Assembly: GCA_016748015.1 (NCBI GenBank)
Contig: JAAOMT010000571.1
Location: forward strand, 623,095 to 687,094
DNA: 64,000 bases
DNA from: Geosiphon pyriformis uo1
Lineage: Eukaryota > Fungi > Glomeromycota
Direction: 5' to 3'
The notes beneath the pieces were generated by a model that had not been told where the DNA came from, searched no databases, and worked only from the letters and a program-made list of their open reading frames with translations. Both the position numbers and the translations under genes were made by a program. Positions 12,061 through 26,106 of the stretch are shown piece by piece (the stretch's first letter is position 1; each line of letters opens with the position of its first letter).

Positions 12061-15000
12061 TTTAATTAATTTATAATAGTTGATAAAAATAGAAGTAATT
12101 AAACTAATCTTAAAGTAAGTTTGTTTTGTTGTTTTGCTTAAATAACTAATTAATAAACTAATGTTTTTTTTTTGGTTTTATTATTTTTGTTATATATATA
12201 TAAATCTTATAATATAAGATTCTTAAAATTTTTACAATTTTTTTAAGTTATTACTGAAATTTTTACTGGTATTTTTGGAATTTTTAGTATTACAAAAAAA
12301 TATAAAAAATATTGAACAATTTTATATTTTATATAAAAAAACTAATTTATAATTATTAATTTTTTTTATTATATTAAAATACATATTAATATTTTGTTTA
12401 ATTCCCATTTGCTTTAAGAATAACTTGAACTTAATATAATATAGATTTGATTAAATTATGATAATAATTTACAAATATTATATTCTATTTTTTTTAATTT
12501 ATTGTTCTAATTATACTATATTTAAAAATTGTAAATTATGTTAATAAATTTTAACTTTAATATATAATCAAAAATTTTTTATTAGAGTAATATCAGAATT
12601 TTATGCTGTTCAAGAAAGTAATTTAATATTTAAAAAGATAAAAAAAAACATACAACTTTTAATATGTAAATTGGTGTATTGTTTTTCTGAAAAAAAAAAC
12701 TTTTTTTTTAATTTTTTTTGCATAAAGTTTTACTGTAGGAATTGTATAATTAGTCAAGATTTGTAATATATAACTTTAATAATATGACCAATCAAAAGAA
12801 CTAAATTATTCAAACCAATTTATAAAAAATTCTCAAAACATGTGACTAAGCTTTTATTAATTATGACTGTAATACAATCTTTATAAAATTTTTCAAAAAG
12901 TTTATCCTATATATGTTCAAATTTTGTAATTCTAAATTGTATATATGTAAATTTATTTAACTAAACAACTTGTTTAAAATTTTCTACTGTTTAATTTTTA
13001 TAAATATAAGTCTATTGTAAATATTTTTCTTTGTTTAATTTAAAAATTAATAGTTTAAAACAAAAAATGCATAAGCAAAGTTTTTTTTAAGCTAATTTAT
13101 TTTGAATAATTTTTATAAAAATAGATTTGTTGGTATTTTTAATAAAATTTAATCATATTTAAGAAAAAGTTTGACAGTAGATTTTTTTATTTTTTATTAT
13201 TAAATATTTAAGTTGTTTATATACATATTTGTTAAAAATTTGTGGTCAGTCTATTTGTTTTTTAGAAAGTTTTTTTAGTTTATATAATTTTTATATATAT
13301 ATTATAAAAAAATTTAAATATTTAATAATTGTAAAAATCTTAATATTTGTATATCTTAACTTTTTTGTTAAAATAATCTTTTTTTTTTAGTATTTAGAAA
13401 GTTTTTTTTTCAAGATATATTTGATGTAGTAAATTTTTTTATAACAAAAATATTTAATATTTTATATATATATATATAATCTACTATTATGTTTTATAAA
13501 AATATAATTTATGTTAATTTGTAGATTATTATTATAATTAATTATAAAAAAAATTATGGCTTAAATTGATAATAATATTACAATATATAATTTTTTATAT
13601 ATATTATATTAAGTATCCAATACTTTTTATATTTTTTTATCTGTGTTTTAATAATTTTCTATTTTGTTATTAGTTATTTATGCTATTATTTTCTTATGTT
13701 TTTTTTCTATTAATAATAATATCACTACTAATTAAAATATTAAGTTATAAAAATTGCACACTAGTCTAAAATTTACTTATAATATTTAATGTTTCTTGTA
13801 AAATATAATTTACAGAAAACAATACCAGTTAATTATAATTAGCAAAAATAATAGAATTAGAATTTACAAAAACCAAATATTTGGAATTTGTAAAATTATT
13901 ATATTAATATTTTCAAAAAAATTTAGAATTAAGTCTTAATTATTTTTTAATTAAAGTTATATTTAATTTCTATGTTAACAAAAGAATTAAATATAATGTA
14001 AAAAATCAATTAATATAAAAATAGTTAAAACTGATTTCTATAAAGCCATTAAAAAACATTTCAGTTATTATTAATTATACAATTTTACAACTATATTTGT
14101 AAAGATTTATTCAGCAATCTATAAATATATTAAGAAAAAATTCTCACTAACTACAGAAAATCTATAATTTAATTTAATTACACAAATATTAGCTATAATA
14201 TCTAAAAAAGTAATTCTACTATTATAAAAAAAACCTAAGTAAATTTACTACTAAAACTATTATATTACTATATACTTAGTAATATTATTTAAATTTTATT
14301 AAGAATAATATTCATATTCATACTTAAATTAAAACTTATCTTTTAAAATTATCCCAAAAATAATTATTTATTAAAAAAATATAAGAAATTTTTTAAAAAA
14401 TTTTGATCAAAATTAATCATGCTACTATTATTGTATTTATTTTTATCAAAATTTAATTTTAATTATAACTATAACTAAAAAAATACAAATTTAAAAAAAA
14501 AGAATCAAAATCAAAAAACTAAAAAAAAAACTTGATTTTAAACTTTAACAATTTAAATTTTAAAAGCTGGTCAAACTTTAATAAATCTAATTATACTAAT
14601 AAACTTATTACTAATATTATTTGTTTAGTCAATATTTCTATTAATACACATATTTTTTTTATTAATAATACTTATGACTTATGTATCAATTACCAAATTA
14701 AAAAAGTTTACCAATAAAAAAAATAATACTTAAGTACTAAATAATATAAAAAAGCTATTATTGCTAATAATTAAAATAATGCTAAAACTTTGCAAATAAT
14801 CATATGTTTTCTTTAAGATATAGCTAATTTATAATATTAAAGACCTATTATAAAGCCTATATTATTTAATAATTTCAAGACAATATTTTTACAATACTTT
14901 AGTAATTATAACAATATTATTTAGTTACAAAGATATTTTAATATTATTAAACAAAAAAACAATAAAGCAGTTACTATTTATTTAAAAAAATTCTATTAAT

Positions 15001-18000
15001 ACTTATGTCAAATTTAAGTGATTAATGCCAATTATTATACAGCTTTACAATATTAAACTAATTTATTAAAAAATTGTACAATAGTATTTTTTAATAAATA
15101 TATTTATTATATTTAGCCAATTTTCAAGCAATAATTATACTAGTCAAGAAGTTTAAATTAGTTAAATTCAAGACTAATTACATCTAAGCTATAAATCTAG
15201 TAATAAATAGATTATTTAAATTAAACACCAAATTGAAATAATTAAGTAATAATATTAATTAGAAAATAGAAAAATATAAAACTAATAATCAAATTTTATA
15301 TTAATTTTATAATACTGTAAAAATTAATAAAACAATAATTGTTTTTATTTTTAAATCAGTAGTAATATGAAACTAAAATTTGTTATTACTACTATAAACA
15401 AAATTATCTTAAAATTAATTGTAGATTTTAATTAAGTAATTAATAATTAAAAAATCAATATTAAAACTTTAATTAAAGAATTCAACCCCTTAATTATGAA
15501 TTTAGAATTTAATAAAAACAATATTTACTATTATAATACTATATATTAATACTTTAATAATAACTACAATCATAACTAATATATATATCTTATTTTTAGT
15601 TACAGTTAGCAATTGTTTATTAACTCTCAATTAGAAACCAGTATTACAAATACAATATTAGATTTTATTCTTAAATTAAACTTAAAATCTAAAACCAAAA
15701 ACTATTTAATAAAACTGAAAATTAGTAATAATAATATATTAACCAATTTTTAATATTGTTAATTTTTAAACTAAAAGTTGTATCAAAAATTTGGGAAACA
15801 TTTAACTAATTTTTCTGAATTTTCAAAACTTTTAGATTTTTTTACTACAATTAAATTTACTATATTTAATAAAATCACAATTTATTAAAGATAGTACACT
15901 TATTATTATTATTTTTTTAAATTGGAAAAAAAAAACTGTTATTTAATAAAACTGTTTTAAATTCAATTCAACTAATTATCACTATATATATTAATGCTAA
16001 AATTAATAGTTAATTTATTAAACTCATTCTTAATAGCGATTTAATAAGCAATATTATCACATAATAACTTAAGAATCAATTAGATTATTAAATTAATTGA
16101 ACCATTAATATGTATATTATTATAGCTAATAAAGCTATAAAAACTTTAATTAATAAAATTAATGTCTTTTTATTTAAAATTAATAGTATTATAATACTTA
16201 TTAAAGTTCTTATTATAAAAGTTACATAATATTAAGTCTCTATTAATAATAATTAACTATTTAAAATTAATATTATACTTGATTAAAATACTCAAAAGCT
16301 TTAATTAAACTACTAAAAACAACATACATAAACACTAACAATATATAATTATTTTAAAACTACTTATAAAGTATTATTTATTAAATTAAAAGAAAAAAAA
16401 ACCTATTTTAAAAACATATCAAGTTTTATAAACTAATAATTTCAAGACAGACTTATTAGTCATATTAACTTAAAAAGAAAAAAAAAATAGAAAAATCACA
16501 AATTATTATTTCTATATATATATTATTTTACTAAAAAAACAATACAATCATCTCATAATAATTATACAGTATTTTAAAAAACTTATATTATTGTAAACCA
16601 AAATTAATTTGTATTAATTATAGAAAAAAACTTTTATTTATAAGTATTTATTATAATAACAATAAAGAATACTTAATAATAATTAAATATTATTGTTGTT
16701 TATACATTTTAAAATAATTTAGCAGACTAAAATAACAAAAAAAAAGATAATAAGTTATATTTAACTTGTAAAAAAATTTTTTTTAGTAAAAAAATATAAA
16801 ATAATATTTCAAAAAAAAAATATACAACAAATTATGTTAATATATAATTCTCATCTATAATTAAATAAGAAAAAAATACTATTACAAGCTATTTATAATT
16901 ACATTTTTACTTATTTAAACAGTTGTTGATATGATAAAAACAAAATTTGAAGAATAATAATTACTAAATATGATGATATTACAAAAAAAATATATGTGTA
17001 ATTAAAAACACATACAAAAAAAAATTTTTTTAATATTTATTTTTTATAATATTTAATAATTTAGCAGAATTTAATAAATACTATTAGTTACTAATATTTA
17101 TTTAAAAAAAAACAAAAACTTATCAATTTTTTATAAATATTGTTTTATTCTATGCCAATTTAAATATTATAATAAATATAATATTGTTTACAATCTATTA
17201 TCACATATTATCTATCTTATTTTAAAGCTTAATAAATTGATTAACAAAGCCAAAAAATTAAAATTAAAGCTTAATTCTAATTTAATTATTATTTTTAAAT
17301 TTACCAAAAATTCAAATATTATTACTAAAGTCAAACAATATATTATATTTCTTAATTTATTAAAAAAATAGGAACATAGATAATTTAATAAAAATAATAA
17401 AAATATTATAGTTAAAAAAACATATAAAACAAACATTAAATTTGATTTTAAATATTTAAAATAAATTTTCATAATTTAGAATTCTGCTTGCTTATTAACA
17501 TAGATTTAAAATTAGCATTAGAAGTTTTAGCAACTATTATAATTCAGTTAATGTTCAAATCCAGCTTAACCAGAAAAAAAATCATCATAAAAAAATAAAT
17601 AATTAATATTATATATATAAAAAATATTATTATTATACTATAAAATAATTTAAATAAAATTTATAAAATAGAGCCAAAAAGAAAGATAGCACAAATTATA
17701 TTTTTGTTATTAGTTAAAATAATTAAATTAGTATTAGTAAAAACAAAAGAAAAATTAAGAATAATAATTAGAAAAATTAAGAGATTTAAATCAACAAAAA
17801 AAATTAATATATATATTAATATAACTAAAAACCAATAATCAAAAAAAAATTCTTTTTACTTCTTACAGAATTTTTATTTTATTATATTGTAAATATTTAT
17901 TAGAAATATCCTAAAAAATCAAAAATTAGCTTCAGATTTTTAAAACAAAATTAAAAAAAATGTTAAAATAAAATTATTGTCATTACTAATTTATATATAT

Positions 18001-18404
18001 TAATTAAAAATTACAAAAATATTAAGATTTTAATTTTCAATAATGAAAAAATTATGTAAAAATACTAATTGATACTATTATTAAATATTTAAGTTTAAAA
18101 ATTAAAGACTAACTATTAACTAATGTTTTAAATTTTAATTAATTATATAAATATGTTAACTTTACATTACAAATTTGGGTCTAAAAAAGTAAATACTACT
18201 TGTTTTAATCAAAACAATTAGAGTAAATAAACTTAAAAATTTGAATCAACTACAGAAAATACAATTTTAAATATTACTTAAACAATATATTAATATCTTT
18301 GTAAATAAAAATAAAGTTGGAAAAATTGATATAATTTAGCATAAAATTAAAACTGAAAATACTATGTTAGTTAAACAAAAAGCATATAAAATACTATAAA
18401 CCAG

Positions 18405-19175
18405 TGTTACCAGTAGAATTTTAGCTATTAATTAGCATGAAATTTCCTTTATAATTCCTATCATTAATTAGCATATATTATTATCGTTTCGAATTTCACT
18501 TATTATTTAATCAAATTAGCAATTATCATCATTTAATCAATAACCCGATTTGGACCATAGAAATTGAGATGATCAATTTACACAATACCCTGAACCATAT
18601 AACATAGCCAAAATTCGCCGAAATTAATGAAAATTGGCCGAAATAATTCATAGTTCAGCGAAATAACTTGTAGTTCACCGAAATGTATCTTTAGTTCACC
18701 GAAATTCTAGAAAAGAGAAAAAGTGCAAGTTCAAAGACTAGTACTACAACAAGTTGTATAAAAGAAGAGCTTCTCTCTTCAAGAAAATGTATCTTCTCAT
18801 ATCTTATCATAGTATCTTACTTTAGGTATCTTAATTAGAACAAATCACTTTTTACATATCTCAAATAAAAATTAAATATTCGAAAACCAAATTCTTGTAA
18901 AAAAGTTGAATTTTACAGCAAAATAACTACACATTTTTAATGAGCTTTCAGACAAGCAATTCCTGGAAAGAGTTAATATTTACTACAATGTAACTACATA
19001 AAGTAACTGGCACGGAATTGGCCATTCCACTTATAAGCCCAGCGGTTCAAATTATAGGAGATAATTTGAAGATAAATTCAGTTATCGAAGGTTCAACTAC
19101 TTCCTCTAGTCGTGAATAAACAGCAAAACAACATCAACAACCTTCAAGAAAAGAGACCAAAAACCTCCGGTAACA
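18405..19175 (+). mobile_element. Solo LTR, family A-related
   Basis: TGTTACC...GGTAACA inverted termini; perfect TSD CCAG (18401-18404, 19176-19179); homologous to the LTRs at 19419 and 28296 but shorter and diverged. Confidence 0.92.
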
Positions 19176-19418
19176 CCAGTCATAATATTATTAAAAAAAA
19201 ATTAATTAAATATTAAACAATAGATTAATCTAGTTATTCATAAATCTATAATTATTACTGATAGTATTAATTCAAAAAAATATAATTTTGTGTAAATTAT
19301 TACAAACTTAACAATATTATTTATGATAATAGTTATTTTTTTTTATTACATTTTAATGAGCAAGATCCAAATACTACCTAAAACTATGATACCACAGAAG
19401 AGATTACATTATAAACAT

Positions 19419-20399
19419 TGTTACCAGACGAAATTAGAGATATCATTTAGCATGAAACTATTTTATAATTCCTATCATTAATTAGCATATATTATTGTTT
19501 CAAATTATCACTTATTACATTAGCAAAGAATGTCTGAAATTATCATTTAATTAATAACTCAAATTGTACACAACACAAATGTAACCTAATTGCGATGATC
19601 AATCATGCAATACCCTGAACTATGTAACATTCAAAAGTTTACCGAAATTTATAAAAATTCGCCGAAATAATTGATAGTTCACCGAAATATCTAATAGTTT
19701 GCAGAAATAACTTGTAGTTTGCCGAAATGTACCTTTAGTTCAGCGAAATTGTAGAAAATAGCAAAGTTCAAGTTCATAGAATAGTGTTACAACAAGTTGT
19801 ATAAAAGAAAAGCTTCTCTCTTCAAGAAAATGTATCTTACTTTAGATTTATCACTTAGAACCATTTCTACACACACAAAAAGAAATAAATATCAAATAAT
19901 TCAAAAAACCAAATTCTTTAAATTATTGCACTTGGAAAATCCTCAAAACCCAACTAATGTTTTGAAATTGATTAGCTACCAATTTCAGTAAACTGTTAAT
20001 GACTCCAGACCTGGATAGAAAACGTTTCCCTCGACAAAACTCTATTTCTTTTACATTTCTTTTATTTTCTTTTATTTTCTTATTACAATCTTTAGGGTAG
20101 CCTACAGACGGGATTCCTGTAAAAGAGTTGACTTTCACAGCAAAGTAACTACACATTTTTAGTGAGCTTCCAGACGAGCAATTCTTGGGAAAAAGTTGAC
20201 GTTTACTACAACATAACTACATAAAGTAACTGGCAAGGAATTGGCCATTCCACTTATAAGCCCAGCAGTTCAAATTATAGGAGATAATTTGAAGATAAAT
20301 TCAGTTACTGGAGGTTCAACCACATCCAGAAAACGTGAATTCACAGTAAATAAGTATCAACAACATTACAGAAAAGAGACCAAAAAACCTCCAGTAACA
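19419..20399 (+). repeat. 5' LTR (family A)
   Basis: TGTTACCA...GTAACA; direct repeat of 28296-29265; 20-bp tandem CCGAAAT array at 19638-19750; TATAAAA at about 19800. Confidence 0.95.
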
Positions 20400-20417
20400 T
20401 TTAGTGCTCTCCCACGG
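20400..20417 (+). promoter_or_regulatory. Probable tRNA primer-binding site (TAG, decayed from TGG, then TGCTCTCCCACGG)
   Basis: Immediately 3' of the LTR. The reverse complement CCGTG-GGAGAGC-A-C(C>T)A fits a tRNA T-stem/acceptor/CCA end. tRNA identity not determined. Confidence 0.7.
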
Positions 20418-23400
20418 AAACAACACAGCAAAAACAACTTCAAAGTGGCGACCACACCAGACACAACAACTCTAGAGTATTACCAATCAATTTACACCCA
20501 CTGCAAGCAAAGATTCAACATTCCAGATGGAATTGAAGTTGTCAAGAAATCAGTATACCAATACATTGAAAACTGCATCAACAATTATCTTTTTGGAAAT
20601 TACAATATCTCAGAAGTTAAAAGCAACCTTTATAATAATTTAGCACACTATTCACAGTTGGGAACTGAAGATCTTAATAGTGAAACACTTGCCACTTACT
20701 TTTACGAACTTAATTTTAACATTATCAAATACTGTGAAGAAACATATCCAGTGCAGTCTCAATACACTATTGACTTTGAATCGGAAACAGAAACAAGCAA
20801 CAAAGGCAAAAACAAATTAAAGCAATATTTAAGAACCACCCCAAACACTTTAACACTACAAAAGACAACTGCCAAACACTTGCAAACACCTAAACAAGGA
20901 ACCAGCTCAAAACTTCCACTTATTATTACACCTTTTCTAGCTTCACTTGTACAAGCACAAACACCTAATTCACCCTTGAATTGATTTGCAAGACCAGAAG
21001 ATTTTACATCACTCAGAAGTCCCACCAGACAACAAGAACCCCTTCAAACTAGTTCCAATCTCCTTGATTTTCTAGCTGAAAATCAAAGTGAACACTCTGA
21101 GACAGCAGCAAATGAAGAAAACAACTCTGAAATAACTGAAGAAGAATCAATAGACAGTAAAAACGAAGAAGACGAAATGACAACATACATCACAAAAATC
21201 CCTGAATTCAATGGGAAAGATATGGAGACCAGTCCCCAAGAATGGCTCGACCAAGTTACTAAAGCTGGAGATGCAAATGGATGGAATGCTGCCAGAATGT
21301 TAAGAACGATTCCATACTTTCTCAAAAGAACAGCAGGAGAATGGTTTGAAAACCTTGCTGCCCTATTCAATGATTAGAATGCTTTCAAAGCAGCCTTCCT
21401 TGAACAATTCACTGACAATAATACCTCCATTACTCTTCACAATCATTTTCGAAATATCAAACAAGAACCTTCCAAATCCGTTATGACTTATATTGAGAAA
21501 TTCAACAAACTTCTCAGACGAATTCGCCAACTCGAAACAAATGATTATTATTCCGATGCTCAAATCTTGGATCAATTTATCACTGGTCTAAAAGATAAAC
21601 TAATTAAAAAAGTTTGCCCACACGTGCCAGAAGATTTAAACTCTATCATACAGCATGCGAAAAGATACAAAATGGCCATGGAAGAGGCCAATCGTACAAA
21701 ACTTGTAAATTTGGCAATTGGAGAAACCAGCTCAACAGCTGAGAAAAAAATCGACCAACTCACAAAGAAGATCGAAAACTATTTTACCAACCAACAGCAA
21801 CAAAGATATTAACCACCCCAAAGACAAAATCAAAATAACTTTGCACCACTTTCCAATAACCAGCTCCAGAATTGCCATTACTGAGGAATCTCTGGCCACT
21901 GGAAAAGAGATTGCAGAAAGCTACAACGAGACCAACAAAATAGGGGTAATCAACGTTACTCTCCACCACAGCAATCTTATTATCAACTATCACCTCCAGC
22001 TTACTATCCACCAAGACCCCAATACCAAAATAACTATTATCAGCCCATCCCACAACCAATCCAACAGCAATACCAACAACCACTCACACAACATTATCAA
22101 GTACCTGCTCGAAGACTGATTACACAAAACCAATTCACATCACAAAACCAATACCAAGTAAACAACAATAGAATCAGTTCGAACAACTAATTAGTTCCCC
22201 GAAATACCACTCAACCAAGACCCAACCACTACCACACTCAACCCAGTTATTTAACAATGCCAGAAGAACAGGATTTTTACCATACTGCACTCTCAGAAGA
22301 TAGAGCTGTAGCACAACAACAACAAAACCCTTCTTATAATCGCACCACTATTCCACCAGCCCGAATTGCTGAAAATGCCAATCTCTCTGATATCTTTCCT
22401 TTTGAATTTGAAGCAAATGAATCACCATTCTTGCTTAGCAATGCAGTGGCTAATGAGCAAAAAGCCATCACTGCAATGTACACAGAAGCGGAAGTAGAAG
22501 GAAAGCCAATTCGCTTGATCCTAAACAGTGGATCCACAGGAAGCATTATCACTTACCAGTTAATGCAACAGTTGAAAAGAAATGTCGACCGACTAGCTCA
22601 AACAGTAATCGTCACTGCCAATGGCATAAAAAAGACCCCAGTAAGAAAAATTGACAATTTCCCATTCACTCTTGATGGAATTACCATTCCAGTCAAAGTT
22701 CTTGTAATGGACGCACCCCAGTATCAAGCTCTCGTCGGAAATGATTGGCTTCAAAAAGCCAATGTTAATCTGAATTGGGAAACACAAGAGTTAACAATCT
22801 CCTACCAAGGACAACATGCCCAGGTACCTGTTATTTGTGGTACATTTAACAAACGCTCTGAAAAAGCCCCAGCTTTTGAATTTGAACCAGAAGAAGAAAA
22901 ACCAATAATCGAAACATTCATGGCTCTTGGATCAACGTCCAACTGGGCTGATAAAACAGAACAAGAACATTTTACTTCACACACTAAACCCAAAACCTCT
23001 GGATGGAATATACCTTATTCGAAACCCGAACCAAAGAAACAATGCCCCTATATTCCCCTTAAATATAAGGACTGTCACAAGAAACTATCGTCAATGGGAG
23101 CCTGTATTTTACCTGAAGAAAAATATGAGAATCATACTTGCTATTACTGCAAGGCTTGCCACAGAGAGCGATGAGGCCATCTAATAAAAAAAAGCGGAAA
23201 ATGAGACAACACCCTTTGTTTGACTTGTGGAGATATGCTACTGGAAGAATGCAATTGGATTGATGTAGCAATGAGAGGAAGCGTCTGCAATCAGACCTGC
23301 CAATATGCTTTATCAATTTCAGAAAAAATAAAAAGAGGAACACCCTTTAATACAGCATACAACAGTGCTTTCAACAAACTCTATCACTATCCTCATAATG

Positions 23401-23789
23401 CCGAGATGATTTTTGACTTAGTAATGGCATTAATTAATGGAGCTACCAAAGAAGATGTTCATCAAATGAAGGAAGCAGAATACATTGAATACACCATGGA
23501 ATTAGCTGGATTCAATTACAAAAACAAAGTAGAAGTCTACCACCAAATTGCAAGTCATACCTATCTGACCCAAGAAGCTCAAATTCAATGATTAGAGCAA
23601 ATGAACATTAGGCTATGTAAAGAATGCATTATGCCTTGCGATGAACAATGGTGTCCTGAATGCTATGCTCTTAGTATTCCCTTGCCCAGCAAAAATGATG
23701 AGAATGAAATTGAATTTGGAGACTCTGAAGAAACGGAAGAAATTGAAACAACACCCAGCTACCTTATCGAAAATCAGCCTGCCTTACAA

Positions 23790-24215
23790 CTTAAATACTT
23801 TAACAACAATGGACAAAGAATAAAACCCGAAAAAGCACACGAAATTGATGCTGGATATGACCTAAGATATCCAGACAAGGATACTCTTGTTCTCAAACCC
23901 AAATCTCTCACAAAAATCAACCTCAAAATTGCACTCGAAATCCCGCCAGGAGCAATAGTTCAAATCACCTCCTGGTCTTCGCTGGCAAGCAAAGGAATTA
24001 ATGTCAGAGGAGAAATAATTGATGCTGGATATACTGGAGACATAACAGTGATGCTTCAAAATAAAACTGACAAACTATTCAAGATCGAACATGCTGAAAA
24101 AATTGCCCAAGCTATTTACCTATCCTTAATCAACATTTCGGGTTTGCAATTAGTCAATCAAAGAGAACAATTAGGAAAAAGCGATAGAGGAACCCAAGGT
24201 TTTGGTTCAACTGGA
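23790..24215 (+). CDS. dUTPase domain of the retrotransposon polyprotein
   Basis: Trimeric dUTPase motifs: DAGYDL, (R>W)SSLASKG, IIDAGYTGDI, KIAQ, RGTQGFGSTG. Confidence 0.93.
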
Positions 24216-26106
24216 CAATTCACAGTTCCAGTTAATATAGCTCTTAACACACAGAATGAATTTCACCAGATTCTCAGACTTCTACAACCGATTACTATCT
24301 CACCCTTTGGAGAACATCCGGAAATCTACACTTGCACAAAGCCAACAACCACACAACAAATTTTTGAGTCCAATGAACAAGTCTGCTTGGAACATAATAT
24401 TTTGATCCCAAACATTTATATTCCAGAAGAAACAAAAAAAGTCCGAGTTACTTTTTACAACCCCAATAATTACCCCATAATTTTATTAAATAATTTAGAA
24501 ATTGGAATTATTCACAGTAATATATTTCAACAAGAATTACCCCAAACAGTCCCCGATTTCTCTAAAATTATTGGACATTCACTACCAAAAATCAACCCAA
24601 ACCTTAACTCTGAAAACTACCATGTTGTTATGGAAAAACTATCTCGAATTAACATGGGACAACTTGAACCACAACAACAGATTTAGCTCAACAAACTAAT
24701 TGCAGAATTTGCTGATATCTTCACCGAAAACAACAACAACTTAAGAAGAACTGATTTGGTTTAACACCAAATCTATACAGAAGATGCCAAACCAAGGCGA
24801 CAATAAGCCTACCAAGTTGCCCCAGAAAGTCACCAATTTATCCAAGAAAAAGTACAACGAATGCTTAACAATGGGCTTATTCAACCATCAATGAGCCCAT
24901 GGGCCTCATCTGTGGTTCTAGTTAAAAAGAAAAATGGAAAGATACGATTTTGTGTTGATTACTGACAACTCAACAGTGTCACCATTGGGGATGCCTACCC
25001 CCTTCCCCGAATTGATGACATGTTGGATGCCCTTGGAAAATCCAAATACTTTTCAACATTAGATTTAGAGAGTGAATATTGGCAAGTTGCTATGGATCTT
25101 AAAGACTGCCCCAAAACAGCATTCACCACTCAAAGAGGAAATTACGAGTTCAATATAATGCCTTTCAGATTATGCAATGCACCAGCAACATTCCAAAGAC
25201 TCATGGATGTTGTTTACAAAGGCCTCCTTTGGAAATTAGTAGTAGTTTATCTTGATAACACTGATGTTTATTCACCATCTTTCGAGCTACATTTAATTCA
25301 CCTGTGAAAAGTTTTTCAACGATTATAGAAAGCAGGATTGAAACTGAACATTGAAAAATGCTACTTTGGAAAAACAAGTTTAGCTTTTCTTGATCACATT
25401 GTTAGCAAAGATAGAATTAAACCAGACCCCGGAAAAATCAGTACTGTCAAAAACTTCAAGACTCCACGAAATACCACAAAATTAAGAGGATTTATTGGAT
25501 TAGCATCCTATTACCGGAAATTTATCAAAGGATTCTCAGAAATTGTAAAACCCTTCAACCAGCTCACTACTAAAAATGCCAAATACAAATGGACAGAAAA
25601 ACACCAAAATGCCTTCAAGATACTTAAGGAAAAACTCACAACAGCTCCAATCCTTGCCTACCCAGATTTCAGCAACCAATTCTGGTTAGCAACTGATGCC
25701 TCTTATACTGCCTTTGGTGCCATCCTATCACAGTTAGATGACAATGGAAATGAGCGAGTAATTGCTTATACTAGTAGAACATTAAAGCCAGCCGAAAAGA
25801 ACTACCCCACAACAGAATTAGAAACCGCAGCAGTAATCTGGGCTCTACATCACTTCAACCTTTACTTCAGATCCAAAAAATTTGATATTATCACTGATAA
25901 TATTGGACTTAAATGGCTTCAAAACAAAAACACCCAGCTGAATGCAAAACAAACCCGATGGACAGAATTTTTAGCTAATTACTGATACATTATACACCAC
26001 AAACCAGGAAAACTCCACACCAACGTTGATTGTCTCTCAAGAATGAGGCAAGATTAGAAAACAAAACCAACACCCATTTGAATTAACAGCATCAAAACAA
26101 CAAACA

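Larger units (their letters stand above)
9367..12330 (-). mobile_element. Decayed family C LTR split by the ORF1-only element copy 1
   Basis: Begins TGTTACAAA at 9367. Segments 9620-9760 and 12075-12300 are reverse-complement matches to adjacent parts of 4436-4800. Confidence 0.55.
20217..26057 (+). pseudogene. Gag-protease-Cys-rich-dUTPase-RT-RNase H polyprotein, one frame, multiple premature stops
   Basis: ORFs at 20241, 21177, 21483, 22257, 23220, 23601, 25020 and 25338 share one frame. Motifs: Gag PQEWL...W, knuckle CHY*GISGHWKRDC, protease LILNSGS (DSG), RT PLPRID / MPFRLCNAPATFQ / YLDN, RNase H TDAS / NYPTTELE / ITDN. Confidence 0.92.

Noticed and set aside
11531-12076. Plus-strand ORFs present in both ORF1-only copies (also 30903-31439) as a possible antisense gene
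   Set aside because: They are antisense shadows of the near-identical minus-strand coding region, with no recognisable motifs or independent support.
12400-13780. Possible further coding relics (also 40740-42470, gag/LTR-like on the minus strand)
   Set aside because: Too decayed to assign confidently by eye.
19797-19991. 64-aa ORF repeated at 28674-28868
   Set aside because: It lies inside the two LTRs, has a TTG start, and is not kept in the related solo LTR.
18405-20399. Three-LTR or tandem-LTR element
   Set aside because: The first LTR has its own TSD (CCAG) and is separated by relic RT and the tail of the ORF1-only element, so it is an independent solo LTR.
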